DNA of 64,000 bases from the NCBI GenBank assembly GCA_045636425.1, contig JAZTXM010000002.1:93951-157950 (forward strand). Direction: 5' to 3'. The notes beneath the pieces are model-generated. The model was not told the DNA's origin. It saw nothing but the letters and a program-made list of their open reading frames with translations, and ran no database searches. Source of the stretch: Clostridia bacterium. GTDB lineage: Bacteria; Bacillota; Clostridia; UMGS1883. Positions 20,518 to 32,801 of the stretch are shown piece after piece (position 1 is the first letter of the stretch; each line of letters begins with the position of its first letter). The translations under genes and the position numbers were made by a program.

Positions 20518-20715
20518 AAAAACCACCTTTGTGTAAATTTGCCTTATTATATCAAATTTCTCCCCGTAAGTCAATACTCAGCTATTTAAGTTCCATTCCC
20601 AAAAGCACCTGAATAAATTTCAAATTTTCTATTGACAATTTCTTTAAAGCATGTTACCATATAACCGTATCGGAATACATATTATAACCATTTCAGAATG
20701 TATGGAGGTTTTTTT

Positions 20716-22074
20716 ATGCCACAAGCTTTTGTTTACTTAGGCATTCTTCTTCTGGTCGTGATTGTGTGGTTCGCACTTTTTAAACGACCTGTTTATGAAG
20801 CAATCTTACTTAGTTTTATAGTTCTTCTTACTGTAAGCGGGACATGGAAAAACGTAGGAAGTTACATAGAAGCAGGGCTTTCTACAAATCTTATTTATTC
20901 AATGACGTCATTCGTTGCAATGTCCATAGTCCTTTCAAAAACGAAGATTATTGATGGTTGCGTTGCAATTATCCTCTCTCTTCTCGGACGGATAAGAGGC
21001 GGTGCAGGATATGTATCGGTTATTGCATCAAGCTTTATGGGTGCTCTTTCGGGAAGCGGTCCCGGAAATATAATGGCTACCGGAACTCTTACGGTCCCCG
21101 CTATGATTAAATCAGGCTTTCCCCGCGAACTGGCAGGCAATATTGTAAGCAATGCAAGCTATATGGGGAATATGATTCCGCCTTCTTCAAACATTGTTGC
21201 CGCAATGGGTGCCTTTGTTGCACTCTATCCCGATTACAGTCTTTCACAGGGGCAATTCTGGATTATTTTGTGGGGGATTTCTTTGTGGTTTATTTTGCAG
21301 AGAATGATTATGGTATGGACTTTCTGCAAATATTATAAGGTTGAACCCCTGAGCAAAGATCAGCTTCCTAACCTGAAAGAAGTATTAAAAGAAAGCTGGC
21401 AGGGGCTTTTGCTTCCCATCATAATTCTTCTCCCCTTTGTTCTTGACTATATGTTCAAAGACACCTTCTTTACCGAAAGGTTAGGCAAAGACGGTGCCAA
21501 AGCACTTTCAAACTCGCTTCTTCTGTTTATTGCAGGCATCGCTGTAATTTACACCTGCCTGATTGTTAAAGATAAAAGAACTGTTACTCCTGCAAAAATT
21601 GCCGATATGTTTGCAAATGGAGTAAAGTCCATTTCCCCTGCAATCGGTGTTTGTATACTCGGTTATATGGTAGGGGCACTCTTTAAAGATGTAAATGTCG
21701 CAACGCAGATGGAAGAATTCATAGTTTCAATGAATTTCAGTAAGTTCGGTATGATAATCTTTATTTGCCTTCTTACCTGCTTTTTAGGAATGGTTATTCC
21801 CGGTTCTTCATTAGTTGTAATATTTGGTCCCACATTTATTTCCACATTGGCAACCGTCGGTGTAAATCCGCTTCTGGCTGCCGCAATGCTTCCCTGTATT
21901 TGCGGCGTAATGTGCGGAATCACTCCTCCCCTGGGGCTGGGCTTGTATGCAGGCATGACTCTTTCAGAGGCAGAATTCGGTAAAACCTTCAGGAATAACC
22001 TCTGGTGGGTTGCGACTCAGTTTATTATGCAAGTAATATGTCTTATGGGCTGGCTTCCGATTATGGGACTTTAA
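20716..22074 (+). CDS. DctM-like TRAP-transporter large permease family membrane protein
   Basis: Start at MPQAF, with GGAGG 8 nt upstream. GSGPGNIMATGTLTVPAMIKSGFPRELAGNIV...GNMIPPSSNIV matches the DctM signature region. Confidence 0.5.
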   Translation: MPQAFVYLGILLLVVIVWFALFKRPVYEAILLSFIVLLTVSGTWKNVGSYIEAGLSTNLIYSMTSFVAMSIVLSKTKIIDGCVAIILSLLGRIRGGAGYVSVIASSFMGALSGSGPGNIMATGTLTVPAMIKSGFPRELAGNIVSNASYMGNMIPPSSNIVAAMGAFVALYPDYSLSQGQFWIILWGISLWFILQRMIMVWTFCKYYKVEPLSKDQLPNLKEVLKESWQGLLLPIIILLPFVLDYMFKDTFFTERLGKDGAKALSNSLLLFIAGIAVIYTCLIVKDKRTVTPAKIADMFANGVKSISPAIGVCILGYMVGALFKDVNVATQMEEFIVSMNFSKFGMIIFICLLTCFLGMVIPGSSLVVIFGPTFISTLATVGVNPLLAAAMLPCICGVMCGITPPLGLGLYAGMTLSEAEFGKTFRNNLWWVATQFIMQVICLMGWLPIMGL

Positions 22075-22091
22075 AATAAGGAGGGAATTAT

Positions 22092-22358
22092 ATGAAGAAA
22101 ACCATTGAAAAAATTTCATCTGTTCTCAAAACTATTTTTGGCTATGGTATAATGCTTACGCTTTTTGCAGGCGGATTTACTTTCTTCGGATATATTGCCG
22201 CTCTTATAATCGGCGGTGAAACTGCCGTCACTATATGTGATTTTATTTACAACACTTTCGTCCCGAAATTTGTTTACCTGACGTCAGTTTTGGTGCTTTT
22301 AGGTCTCCTTACTATGTATCTTGACGGTAAGCATGAATTGACATCCAAGAAAAAATAA
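22092..22358 (+). CDS. Small (88 aa) two-TM membrane protein co-transcribed with the DctM-like permease
   Basis: AAGGAGGG RBS 7 nt upstream, two hydrophobic helices, and an intrinsic terminator immediately downstream. Confidence 0.5.
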   Translation: MKKTIEKISSVLKTIFGYGIMLTLFAGGFTFFGYIAALIIGGETAVTICDFIYNTFVPKFVYLTSVLVLLGLLTMYLDGKHELTSKKK

Positions 22359-22367
22359 TATCAGAAA

Positions 22368-22392
22368 GTGCGGTGTTAAGCCGCACTTTTTT
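22368..22392 (+). terminator. Rho-independent terminator
   Basis: GTGCGGTGTTAAGCCGCAC followed by TTTTTT. Confidence 0.8.
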
Positions 22393-22419
22393 ATGTTCCT
22401 TTTAATTTCTAAAAAAAAC

Positions 22420-22448
22420 TTTACTAATTAAGCCATTTGTGGTAGAAT
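22420..22448 (+). promoter_or_regulatory. Sigma-A-type promoter for trpS (TTTACT-17-TGgTAGAAT, extended -10)
   Basis: Hexamers with 17-nt spacing and a TGn extension about 40 nt upstream of the trpS ATG. The leader is too short for a T-box. Confidence 0.5.
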
Positions 22449-22487
22449 ATAGAAAGATATGTAAAATGGCAAAAGAGGTATCTATTT

Positions 22488-23492
22488 ATGATTAATGATA
22501 AAAAAGTAATTTTTTCGGGCATTCAGCCCTCCAGTGATTCCGTTACTCTCGGAAATTACCTGGGAGCACTTAAAAACTGGGTTACACTTCAGGACGAATA
22601 CAGCTGTATTTTCAGCGTGGTAGACATGCACGCAATCACTGTTAGGCAGGAGCCCTCTCAGCTTCGGAAGAACACTCTTTCCCTGCTTGCCCAGTACATT
22701 GCCTGCGGACTTGATGCAGAAAAGAACATTATGTTCATTCAGAGCCATGTTCCCCAGCACGCAGAGCTTAGTTGGATACTTAACTGTTTCACACAGATGG
22801 GTGAGCTTAATCGTATGACGCAGTTTAAGGACAAAAGCCAAAAGCACCCCGAAAATATAAATGCAGGTCTTTACACATATCCTGTTCTGATGGCGGCGGA
22901 TATTCTTCTTTATCAGACCGACCTTGTACCCGTAGGCGTTGACCAGAAGCAGCATTTGGAGCTTGCAAGAGATATTGCACACCGTTTTAACACTCTTTAC
23001 AGCGACACATTCGTAATCCCCGATGCATACATTCCCGAAAAGAGTGCAGGGGCAAAGATTATGAGCCTGCAAACTCCCACGGCTAAAATGAGTAAGAGCG
23101 ACCCCAATCCCAACGGATGTATTTTCCTGCTTGATAAGCCCGAAGATATTATCCGCAAGGTAAAAAGAGCCGTTACCGACTCCGAGACGGAAATTGCTTA
23201 CCGCGAAGGCAAGGACGGCGTGAATAACCTTCTTACCATTTACTCAACTGTTACAGGAAAGACAATAGATGAAGCCGTTAATGAATTTTCCGGCAAGGGG
23301 TACGGTGATTTCAAGCTTGCAGTAGGCGAAGCTGTGGCAGAGCATCTTCGTCCCATTCAGCAAAAATATGATGAGCTTATGAAAAACCGCGATTACCTTG
23401 AGAGTATATACAAAAACGGAGCGGAAGCGGCTTACGGCATAGCCCGCCGCACGCTGACCAAAGTAAAGAAAAAAGTCGGATTTATCATCTGA
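22488..23492 (+). CDS. trpS: Tryptophanyl-tRNA synthetase
   Basis: 334 aa, class I aminoacyl-tRNA synthetase with KMSKS (AKMSKSDPN) and an N-terminal PSS/GNYLG region. Confidence 0.95.
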   Translation: MINDKKVIFSGIQPSSDSVTLGNYLGALKNWVTLQDEYSCIFSVVDMHAITVRQEPSQLRKNTLSLLAQYIACGLDAEKNIMFIQSHVPQHAELSWILNCFTQMGELNRMTQFKDKSQKHPENINAGLYTYPVLMAADILLYQTDLVPVGVDQKQHLELARDIAHRFNTLYSDTFVIPDAYIPEKSAGAKIMSLQTPTAKMSKSDPNPNGCIFLLDKPEDIIRKVKRAVTDSETEIAYREGKDGVNNLLTIYSTVTGKTIDEAVNEFSGKGYGDFKLAVGEAVAEHLRPIQQKYDELMKNRDYLESIYKNGAEAAYGIARRTLTKVKKKVGFII

Positions 23493-23536
23493 GAAGCGTG
23501 CCGCTTCACCCACACATGGAAAAAGAGGTAACTGTT

Positions 23537-24598
23537 ATGATAAGCAACAACAACATACTGATTACTTTTATTGTAGCGTTTATAATCACATTTATCACCA
23601 CGCCCTTTGTAAAAAAGCTTGCTTTCAGGGTGGGTGCGGTTGACGTTCCGAAGGATAGCCGCCGTATGCACAAGAAGCCCACGGCAAGGCTTGGCGGACT
23701 TGCGATTTTCTTAGGATTTATTATAAGCACCGTAGCCTTTGCAAACATTACAAAGGAGCTTGCAGGAATCCTGATTGGCTGTGCAATTATTGTAACGCTC
23801 GGTATTTTTGACGATATATATGCCCTGAGCGCAAAGCTTAAGCTTGTGATTCAGCTTGTTGCCGCATTGTGTCCCGTTCTCATGGGGCTTCAGATTGACT
23901 TCATCCGTGTCCCCTCTTTTATATCTGATTACGGATATATCGGTCTGGGCTGGGCGGCAATCCCCGTTACCGTTATATGGATTGTGGGTATCACAAATGC
24001 CATCAATCTTCTTGACGGACTTGACGGGCTTGCTTGCGGAGTATCTTCCATTTCGGCACTCACTCTTTTATGTATCGCAATCATAGTTGGTGAGCCTGTT
24101 GTAGCGTTTGTGACAAGTGCTCTTGCAGGGGCGTGTATAGGCTTTCTTCCCTACAACTTTAACCCTGCCAAGCTCTTTATGGGAGATACCGGTTCGCTTT
24201 TCCTTGGATTTGTCCTTTCAACAATATCCGTACAGGGACTTTTTAAGGGCTATGCCGTTATAAGTATTGCGGCTCCCCTTCTTATTCTCGGGCTTCCCAT
24301 ATTCGATACTGCATCGGCAATACTCAGAAGGCTTAAAAACCATCAGCCGATTATGTCCCCCGACCGCGGGCATCTGCATCACAGATTGATAGATGCAGGT
24401 TTTTCGCAGAAGCAGGCAGTTTCCACAATATATATGTTGTGCATTGTTCTTTGCTCTGCGGCAATTGCTCTCATCGCAACAGGGGCAATATCCTGGTGGG
24501 TTTTCCTGGCAGTTATCGTAGGTTTCATTCTGTTTCTTTGGGCAACGCCTCATCTTATTGAACTGCACTCGGAAAAAGAAGATAATAATAACAAGTAA
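23537..24598 (+). CDS. tagO: UDP-GlcNAc:undecaprenyl-phosphate GlcNAc-1-phosphate transferase (MraY/WecA/TagO family)
   Basis: Start at MISNNN, with AGAGGT upstream. Polytopic. ...[13 protein letters not shown]... is the MraY-family motif. Confidence 0.85.
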   Translation: MISNNNILITFIVAFIITFITTPFVKKLAFRVGAVDVPKDSRRMHKKPTARLGGLAIFLGFIISTVAFANITKELAGILIGCAIIVTLGIFDDIYALSAKLKLVIQLVAALCPVLMGLQIDFIRVPSFISDYGYIGLGWAAIPVTVIWIVGITNAINLLDGLDGLACGVSSISALTLLCIAIIVGEPVVAFVTSALAGACIGFLPYNFNPAKLFMGDTGSLFLGFVLSTISVQGLFKGYAVISIAAPLLILGLPIFDTASAILRRLKNHQPIMSPDRGHLHHRLIDAGFSQKQAVSTIYMLCIVLCSAAIALIATGAISWWVFLAVIVGFILFLWATPHLIELHSEKEDNNNK

Positions 24599-24613
24599 TA
24601 TCAGGAGGAAGTT

Positions 24614-25753
24614 ATGATTAAAGTATTTACCGTTTTCGGCACAAGACCCGAAGCAATTAAAATGGCTCCGCTTATTTATGAGCTTAAATCCCGCCCTTCA
24701 ATTGACTGTAAGGTCTGCGTTACCGCACAGCACCGCGAAATGCTTGATATGGTAATGAATCTTTTTGAATTGAAGCCGGATTTTGACCTTAATATTATGA
24801 CTGAAAGACAGACTCTTGCAGGTATTACCACCAAGGCTCTTACAGGACTTGAAGAAGTTTTCCGTCAGGAAAAGCCTGACCTTGTACTTGTCCATGGGGA
24901 CACCTCTACTACATTTGCAGGAAGTCTGGCGGCTTACTATAATCAGATAAAAGTAGGTCACGTGGAGGCAGGTCTTCGTACTTATGATAAGTATTTCCCC
25001 TTCCCCGAAGAAATGAACCGCCGTCTTACCGGAGCAATTGCAGACCTTCATTTCTCTCCCACAAAAAATAATCGTGCGAATCTTATAAATGAAGGCATAA
25101 ATCCCGATAGTATTTTTGTAACGGGAAATACTGTAATTGATGCATTCAAGACAACTATCAAGCGTGATTTCTCCTTTGTAGGAACACCGCTTGAAGGAAT
25201 AGATATGGATAAGCGTTTTATATTAATGACTGCTCACCGCAGAGAAAATTTAGGTCAGCCTCTTGAAAACATATGCAAAGCGGTGGCAAGACTTGTCCGC
25301 GATTTCCCCGATATTGAGGTTATTTACCCTGTTCATCTTAACCCTGCCGTAAGGGAAACTGCAAACGCAATCCTCGGAAATATCCCCAGAGTTCATTTGG
25401 TTGAGCCTCTTGACGTTGACGTACTTCATAACGCAATGGCAAAGGCACATCTTATTCTTACTGATTCCGGCGGACTTCAGGAGGAGGCTCCCGCACTGGG
25501 TAAGCCCGTACTTGTTCTCCGCGGAGAAACGGAAAGACCGGAAGCGGCAGAAGCAGGTACTGTTAAAATTGCCGGTACTGAGGAAGATATTATTTATTCA
25601 TTGGCTTCTCAGCTCCTTACGGACGAGGAAGAGTACCACAAAATGAGCGTGGCGGTTAATCCCTATGGCGACGGCAATGCATCAAGAAGAATCACCGATG
25701 CAATTTTGTACCACTTCGGAATAACAAGCGTGAGACCTGTAGAGTGGCTATAA
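24614..25753 (+). CDS. mnaA: UDP-N-acetylglucosamine 2-epimerase (non-hydrolysing)
   Basis: 379 aa. MIKVFTVFGTRPEAIKMAPL...HVEAGLRT... Confidence 0.9.
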   Translation: MIKVFTVFGTRPEAIKMAPLIYELKSRPSIDCKVCVTAQHREMLDMVMNLFELKPDFDLNIMTERQTLAGITTKALTGLEEVFRQEKPDLVLVHGDTSTTFAGSLAAYYNQIKVGHVEAGLRTYDKYFPFPEEMNRRLTGAIADLHFSPTKNNRANLINEGINPDSIFVTGNTVIDAFKTTIKRDFSFVGTPLEGIDMDKRFILMTAHRRENLGQPLENICKAVARLVRDFPDIEVIYPVHLNPAVRETANAILGNIPRVHLVEPLDVDVLHNAMAKAHLILTDSGGLQEEAPALGKPVLVLRGETERPEAAEAGTVKIAGTEEDIIYSLASQLLTDEEEYHKMSVAVNPYGDGNASRRITDAILYHFGITSVRPVEWL

Positions 25754-25845
25754 TTTATGGAATCTTTGGCATATTTTAATAAAAAAAGAATTTTTTGTTA
25801 AAATATTGCTGTTTCCTTTGAATTTTTGAACAGATGAGGTATACT

Positions 25846-26082
25846 ATGAAAAATCCCGATAGAAAAACACTTTTAGCACTGGGGGCTATTACAGAGCTTG
25901 GGCTTAACATTGTAATTTCCTTTTTGCTGTGGATTTTAATAGCCTCATGGGTTAAAAGCACTTTTTCTTTGGGAAACTATGTGATGATAATCGGAATTCT
26001 TCTCGGTTTGGGAAGTGCCTCGTTATCGTGCTTTAAATTCTACAAATCTGCTGTTGGGGAGGACAATAATGAAAAAAATTGA
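25846..26082 (+). CDS. atpZ: AtpZ-type small membrane protein of the ATP synthase operon
   Basis: About 78 aa with two TM, GAGGT RBS, directly upstream of and overlapping atpI. Confidence 0.6.
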   Translation: MKNPDRKTLLALGAITELGLNIVISFLLWILIASWVKSTFSLGNYVMIIGILLGLGSASLSCFKFYKSAVGEDNNEKN

Positions 26083-26458
26083 TTCCGTATACCGGGAAGC
26101 CTTTAAAATAATCTTGATTGTATTCCTTATGGGCATAATTGAATTCGCTTTATTTACAGTGTTTTTGTCCCTGAGAATTGACATATTGTTAGGAACATTA
26201 TACGGATGCAGCTTCGTGGGTTTTAACTTGCTGTTCCTCGCTCACAGCGTAAAAAAAGCTGCGGAGAAAAGTGAAAATGGTGCAAAAGCATATATGGCAT
26301 CAACCTACACTGTCCGTATGCTGTTCACTGCCGCAGCGGTAATTATTGCAGCAAACATTTCATATATACACTTCTGGGCGGCAATCATCCCTCTGTTTTT
26401 CCAGCGTATTGCCGTAACAATCGTACCCTTTATAAATAAAAGGAGTGAAAAATCTTGA
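26069..26458 (+). CDS. atpI: ATP synthase protein I
   Basis: Start at MKKIDSV (GGGGAGGA upstream), hydrophobic, about 129 aa, overlaps the atpB start. Confidence 0.65.
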   Translation: MKKIDSVYREAFKIILIVFLMGIIEFALFTVFLSLRIDILLGTLYGCSFVGFNLLFLAHSVKKAAEKSENGAKAYMASTYTVRMLFTAAAVIIAANISYIHFWAAIIPLFFQRIAVTIVPFINKRSEKS

Positions 26459-27195
26459 ACGTAACGGTTGAAGGACCTCAAATATTGTTTGAAATTCCCC
26501 TGTTTGGAGGAATACCGATAACAGAAACCATCCTCGGCGGCTGGATTATTGTCGCCGTCGTTTCGCTGATAGCATTTATTCTGGGAAGAAATTTAAGGGT
26601 CCGCAACCCCTCAAAAAGACAGCTCGCTGCAGAAAAGCTTGTATCCATGCTATATGGTCTGGTTGGCGATACAATGGGAAAGCATAATCTTCGGTTTGCG
26701 CCCCTTATAGGAACGCTTTTTTGCTACTCTATATTCAGCAGCTTGTCAGGACTTACGGGAATGCGTGCACCTACAGGCGACCTTAATACAACGCTTGCCT
26801 TCGCACTTATGATATTCTTCCTTATTCAGTTCGGAAATATAAAAAACAAAGGCATTGGCGGTTGGCTTAAGGGCTTTACTGAGCCTGTGGCAGTCATAAC
26901 GCCCCTTAATCTCATAAGTGAAATAGCAAATCCCATTTCAATGGCTTTCCGTCATTTCGGAAACATTGCCTCGGGAATCGTTATAACAACGCTTATCTAT
27001 GCTGCACTGGCTGCACTCAGCAATACACTTCTCGGCTGGATTCCGATTTTGGGAGATATTCCACTTCTTCAAGTCGGGCTCCCCGCTCTTCTTTCAATAT
27101 ACTTTGATGTATTTACAAGCTTTCTGCAGGCCTACATTATTTCCATGCTTGCCATGGTATACGTGGGCGGTGCAAATGAAATAAGTGAAGCCTGA
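26455..27195 (+). CDS. atpB: F0F1 ATP synthase subunit a
   Basis: 246 aa. Conserved Arg region ISMAFRHFGNIASG. Confidence 0.9.
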   Translation: MNVTVEGPQILFEIPLFGGIPITETILGGWIIVAVVSLIAFILGRNLRVRNPSKRQLAAEKLVSMLYGLVGDTMGKHNLRFAPLIGTLFCYSIFSSLSGLTGMRAPTGDLNTTLAFALMIFFLIQFGNIKNKGIGGWLKGFTEPVAVITPLNLISEIANPISMAFRHFGNIASGIVITTLIYAALAALSNTLLGWIPILGDIPLLQVGLPALLSIYFDVFTSFLQAYIISMLAMVYVGGANEISEA

Positions 27196-27223
27196 CAGGG
27201 CTTAAAACACGAATATTAATTGA

Positions 27224-27499
<276 letters not shown>

Positions 27500-27509
27500 T
27501 TAAAAACGG

Positions 27510-27529
27510 CGGGGTAGCTTTTGTTACCC
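27510..27529 (+). promoter_or_regulatory. Intra-operon stem-loop between atpE and atpF (GGGGTA-gcttttgt-TACCCC), with no U-tract. Likely a processing/stability or stoichiometry element rather than a terminator.
   Basis: Perfect 6-bp GC-rich stem seen directly in the sequence. Confidence 0.35.
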
Positions 27530-27555
27530 CACAAGAACAATGAGGAGGTTAAAAA

Positions 27556-28062
27556 ATGCAAAAATTTCAGGAATTTGTGTCAATTGCCCCGTGGACTATA
27601 ATATTCACTTGGGCAAATCTGCTTCTCCTGCTTTTTATATTAAAAAAACTCCTATTCAAGCCAATTACAAACGTACTTGCCCAGCGTGAAAACGAAGTGG
27701 GCGAAATGTATAAAAAGGCTGAGGAGGCACAGAAAAACGCTGAGGAAATGGAAAGTGAGTATACAGAGAAGCTTTCCTTTGCAAAGGAAGAAGCTTCCAA
27801 AATCATGAAAGAAGCTACCCGTGAGGCGAGCCTTAAGGGTGAGGCAATAATTTCCGAGGCACAGAAAAAAGCTCAGGCTGCTATGGAAAAGGCAGAAAAG
27901 CAAATTGAGCAGGAGAAAAAAGCCGCAGTAAGCGAAATCAAAAGCGATATTGCTTCCATTGCGATTTCTGTTGCCCAAAAGGTTATTGAAAAAGATATTA
28001 ATGAAAGCGACTACAAAAGACTTGTAGAAGATTTTATAGACGGCAGAGGTGAAGATAAATGA
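27556..28062 (+). CDS. atpF: F0F1 ATP synthase subunit b
   Basis: 168 aa, N-terminal TM followed by a long charged coiled-coil. Confidence 0.9.
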   Translation: MQKFQEFVSIAPWTIIFTWANLLLLLFILKKLLFKPITNVLAQRENEVGEMYKKAEEAQKNAEEMESEYTEKLSFAKEEASKIMKEATREASLKGEAIISEAQKKAQAAMEKAEKQIEQEKKAAVSEIKSDIASIAISVAQKVIEKDINESDYKRLVEDFIDGRGEDK

Positions 28063-28598
28063 GTTCCTTTGCCCTCGTCTATGCCGCTTCATTATTTTCG
28101 CTCTCTGAAGATGAAAATCTTTGTGATGTCTTTATGGAGCAGCTCTCCGAAATTGATACTATCATAAGGGGAAACAGCGAATATACTGTCCTTCTTAACT
28201 CCCCCACACTTTCTTTGGAGCAGAGGACTTCGCTTATTGATGAGGCATTTTCCTCTGCCCATGAGTATGTGATAAATTTCCTTAAGCTTTTGTGCGAAAA
28301 AAAGTGTATACACGTTTTTTCAGATTGCGTAAAGGAATACAGGAAGCTTTATAACAAAAAGAATAACATTGAAAATGTTACCGCCATAACGGCTGTGCCG
28401 CTTGAGGGTGAACTTAAGGAAAAGCTTATTTCAAAGCTTGAAAAAGAGTACGGCAAAAAAATCCGGCTTGAAACAAAGGTTGACAAATCAATTTTAGGCG
28501 GTATCATTTTGAGAACAGAAAATTCGCAGACGGATGCAAGCGTACGTGCACGGCTTGAGGCTTTAAAGGCACAGCTTTCTTCCGAACAAATAGATTGA
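28059..28598 (+). CDS. atpH: F0F1 ATP synthase subunit delta
   Basis: 179 aa, ATGA overlap with atpF, OSCP-like. Confidence 0.85.
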   Translation: MSSFALVYAASLFSLSEDENLCDVFMEQLSEIDTIIRGNSEYTVLLNSPTLSLEQRTSLIDEAFSSAHEYVINFLKLLCEKKCIHVFSDCVKEYRKLYNKKNNIENVTAITAVPLEGELKEKLISKLEKEYGKKIRLETKVDKSILGGIILRTENSQTDASVRARLEALKAQLSSEQID

Positions 28599-28608
28599 AG
28601 GTGAAATA

Positions 28609-30123
28609 ATGCAGCTTAAATCCGATGAAATCAGTAAGATTATAAAAGACCAGATAAAAAATTATTCCAATAAAACCGAGCAAAAGGAAACCGGCTACGT
28701 GGTTGAAGTCGGCGATGGTATTGCAAAGGTAAAAGGACTTGACAACTGCATGAGTAATGAGCTTGTAGAGTTCTCAAACGGCGAGGCGGCAATGGCACTT
28801 AACCTTGAGGAAAACCTTGTCAGCCTTGTTATTTTAGGCGATGATTCTGCTATCCGTGAGGGTGATATTGTTAAGCGTACAGGTGCGGTAGTAAGCGTTC
28901 CTGTGGGCGAGGCAATGATTGGCAGAGTTGTTAATGCCCTCGGTCAGCCTATCGACGGCAAAGGTCCCGTCCTGACCAATGAGATTCGTCCCATTGAATC
29001 TCCCGCACCCGGAATTATTGAAAGAAAGTCCGTAAGCGTTCCGCTTCAGACAGGTATTAAGGCTATAGATTCCATGATTCCCATCGGCCGCGGTCAGCGT
29101 GAGCTTATTATCGGCGACCGTCAGACGGGTAAATCTACAATCGGTCTTGACACAATTATCAATCAAAAAGGTAAGGACGTTATCTGTATCTATGTAGCAA
29201 TAGGTCAGAAGAAGTCTACCGTTGCACAGCTTGTTGATACGCTTGAGAAAAGCGGTGCAATGGATTATACAACCGTTGTTGCCGCTACGGCAAGCGAGCT
29301 TGCTCCCCTTCAGTATATCGCACCCTATTCGGGCTGTGCTATGGGTGAGTACTTCATGCATCAGGGCAAGGACGTTCTCGTTGTATATGATGACCTTTCA
29401 AAGCATGCGGTGGCATACCGTGCACTTTCGCTTCTTATCCGCCGTCCTCCGGGACGTGAAGCATACCCCGGTGACGTTTTCTACCTTCATTCAAGACTTT
29501 TGGAAAGAGCTGCCAGACTCGCTCCCGAATACGGTGGCGGTTCACTTACAGCACTCCCCATCATTGAAACACAGGCAGGCGACGTTTCGGCATATATCCC
29601 CACAAACGTAATTTCTATTACAGATGGTCAGATATTCCTGGAAACCGAGCTTTTCCATTCAGGCGTTATGCCTGCGGTTAACCCCGGTATTTCCGTAAGC
29701 CGTGTTGGCGGTAACGCTCAGATTAAAGCGATGAAAAAGGTTTCGGGTACGCTTAAGCTTGCGTATTCACAGTATCGTGAATTGCAGTCCTTTGCTCAGT
29801 TCGGAAGCGACCTTGACCCGGACACAAAAATGCGTCTTGAACAGGGTGAGAGAATCGTTGAGGTTCTTAAGCAGGACAGAAACGCTCCCGTATCCGTTGA
29901 GCATCAGGTAGTTATTATCTACGCTGTTATCAATGATTATCTTAAGGAAATTGCCACAGAGGACGTAAGGGATTTTGAAAAATCACTTTTCGACTATGTG
30001 GATAACACCTATCCGAAGATTATTTCAAATATAGCCCAAACGGGTGAGCTTTCTTCCGAAACGGAGGAAATGATTAAAAATGCGGTTGCCGAGTGCGTAC
30101 AAAAATTTCTCGCCCGCAAGTGA
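28609..30123 (+). CDS. atpA: F0F1 ATP synthase subunit alpha
   Basis: 504 aa with Walker A GDRQTGKS. Confidence 0.97.
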   Translation: MQLKSDEISKIIKDQIKNYSNKTEQKETGYVVEVGDGIAKVKGLDNCMSNELVEFSNGEAAMALNLEENLVSLVILGDDSAIREGDIVKRTGAVVSVPVGEAMIGRVVNALGQPIDGKGPVLTNEIRPIESPAPGIIERKSVSVPLQTGIKAIDSMIPIGRGQRELIIGDRQTGKSTIGLDTIINQKGKDVICIYVAIGQKKSTVAQLVDTLEKSGAMDYTTVVAATASELAPLQYIAPYSGCAMGEYFMHQGKDVLVVYDDLSKHAVAYRALSLLIRRPPGREAYPGDVFYLHSRLLERAARLAPEYGGGSLTALPIIETQAGDVSAYIPTNVISITDGQIFLETELFHSGVMPAVNPGISVSRVGGNAQIKAMKKVSGTLKLAYSQYRELQSFAQFGSDLDPDTKMRLEQGERIVEVLKQDRNAPVSVEHQVVIIYAVINDYLKEIATEDVRDFEKSLFDYVDNTYPKIISNIAQTGELSSETEEMIKNAVAECVQKFLARK

Positions 30124-30134
30124 GGTGACGCAAT

Positions 30135-30968
30135 ATGCCTTCAATGAAAGCAATTAAAAACAGAATAAAAAGCGTCGAAAACACCCGTCAGATTACGAAG
30201 GCGATGCAGCTTGTTGCCACCAGTAAAATGAAAAAGGCAAAAGAACGCATCGAAGAAAGCCGTCCGTTTTTTGAAACGCTTTCCGAAGCCTTGGAGAATA
30301 TCAGCAAAAACAATAAGGACTTTTCCTCACCTTTCACTAAAGAAGCAAAAGAGGGAAAGGCATGCCATATTGTTATTGCAGGTGACAGAGGGCTTGCAGG
30401 CGGATACAATAACAACTTATTCAAGTCCCTGGATTATAAGGACGGGGATATTATCTTCCCTATCGGGAAAAAAGTTTTGGAATACTTTTCTAAAAAGAAT
30501 GTATCCTTTTTCACTACCGCATATTCCGTTGCGGCAGATGTGAAAATTTCCGACTGTAACAGCATCGGTCAGGTGCTTTCCGAGGCTTTTCTTAAAGGCG
30601 ATTTTACTTCTCTTGATATTTATTACACAGGATTTGTAAATGTATTATCTCAGGTTCCTGCATCAAAGAAAATATTGCCCATTTCTTCTTCGGAAAGGGA
30701 GCCTGACAAGGTGCAGAGCCTCATCATTTACGACCCTTCTCCCGAAGCTGTATATGAAAAAATTATTCCGCATTATATAGGCGGTATAGTATACGGCGGT
30801 GTGTGTGAATCCATTGCCTCCGAGCTTAGTGCACGCAGAACGGCAATGGAAAACGCAACCGACAATGCAGGCGAAATAATTGACAGTTTGAGCCTGAAAT
30901 ATAACAGAGCCAGACAGGCGGCAATTACACAGGAGCTAACCGAGATAGTCGCGGGTTCCAACCAATAA
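30135..30968 (+). CDS. atpG: F0F1 ATP synthase subunit gamma
   Basis: 277 aa. IKNRIKSVENTRQITKAMQLVATSK. Confidence 0.93.
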   Translation: MPSMKAIKNRIKSVENTRQITKAMQLVATSKMKKAKERIEESRPFFETLSEALENISKNNKDFSSPFTKEAKEGKACHIVIAGDRGLAGGYNNNLFKSLDYKDGDIIFPIGKKVLEYFSKKNVSFFTTAYSVAADVKISDCNSIGQVLSEAFLKGDFTSLDIYYTGFVNVLSQVPASKKILPISSSEREPDKVQSLIIYDPSPEAVYEKIIPHYIGGIVYGGVCESIASELSARRTAMENATDNAGEIIDSLSLKYNRARQAAITQELTEIVAGSNQ

Positions 30969-30983
30969 TGAAAGGATTGATAA

Positions 30984-32381
<1,398 letters not shown>

Positions 32382-32393
32382 AGGGTTGAGATT

Positions 32394-32798
32394 ATGAACG
32401 GATTTGAATTGCAAATAGTGACTCCCGACGGATCTTTATACAGCGGAAATGCAAACAAAATAATTCTTCGCACAAGTGAGGGTGACGTGGGAATTTTTCC
32501 CAGGCACTCTGACTATATTGCACCGCTTTCAATCGGTCTTGCCAGGGTATTTACAGACGACGGCGAACGCACCGCTGCCTGTTCAGGCGGTATGGTGACT
32601 GTGTCGGGCGGTGTTGTCCGCGTGGTTGCCTCCACCTTTGAATGGTCGGAGGATATTGACGTAGAGAGAGCAAAAAGAGCCAAGGAAAGAGCACAGTTAA
32701 GGCTTGCTGATACTAAGAGCAGCGACTTTGAGCATCGCCTTGCAGAAATTAAACTAAAGAAATCCCTTGCACGATTGGGTGCAGCCGAAAGGAAATAA
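32394..32798 (+). CDS. atpC: F0F1 ATP synthase subunit epsilon
   Basis: 134 aa. MNGFELQIVTPDGSLYSG... Confidence 0.9.
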   Translation: MNGFELQIVTPDGSLYSGNANKIILRTSEGDVGIFPRHSDYIAPLSIGLARVFTDDGERTAACSGGMVTVSGGVVRVVASTFEWSEDIDVERAKRAKERAQLRLADTKSSDFEHRLAEIKLKKSLARLGAAERK

Positions 32799-32801
32799 AC
32801 C

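Noticed and set aside
22393-22487. Possible T-box leader upstream of trpS
   Set aside because: Only about 95 nt separate the upstream terminator from the trpS ATG, and about 40 nt from the promoter -10. That is far too short for a T-box (specifier loop plus antiterminator). A plain promoter was called instead.
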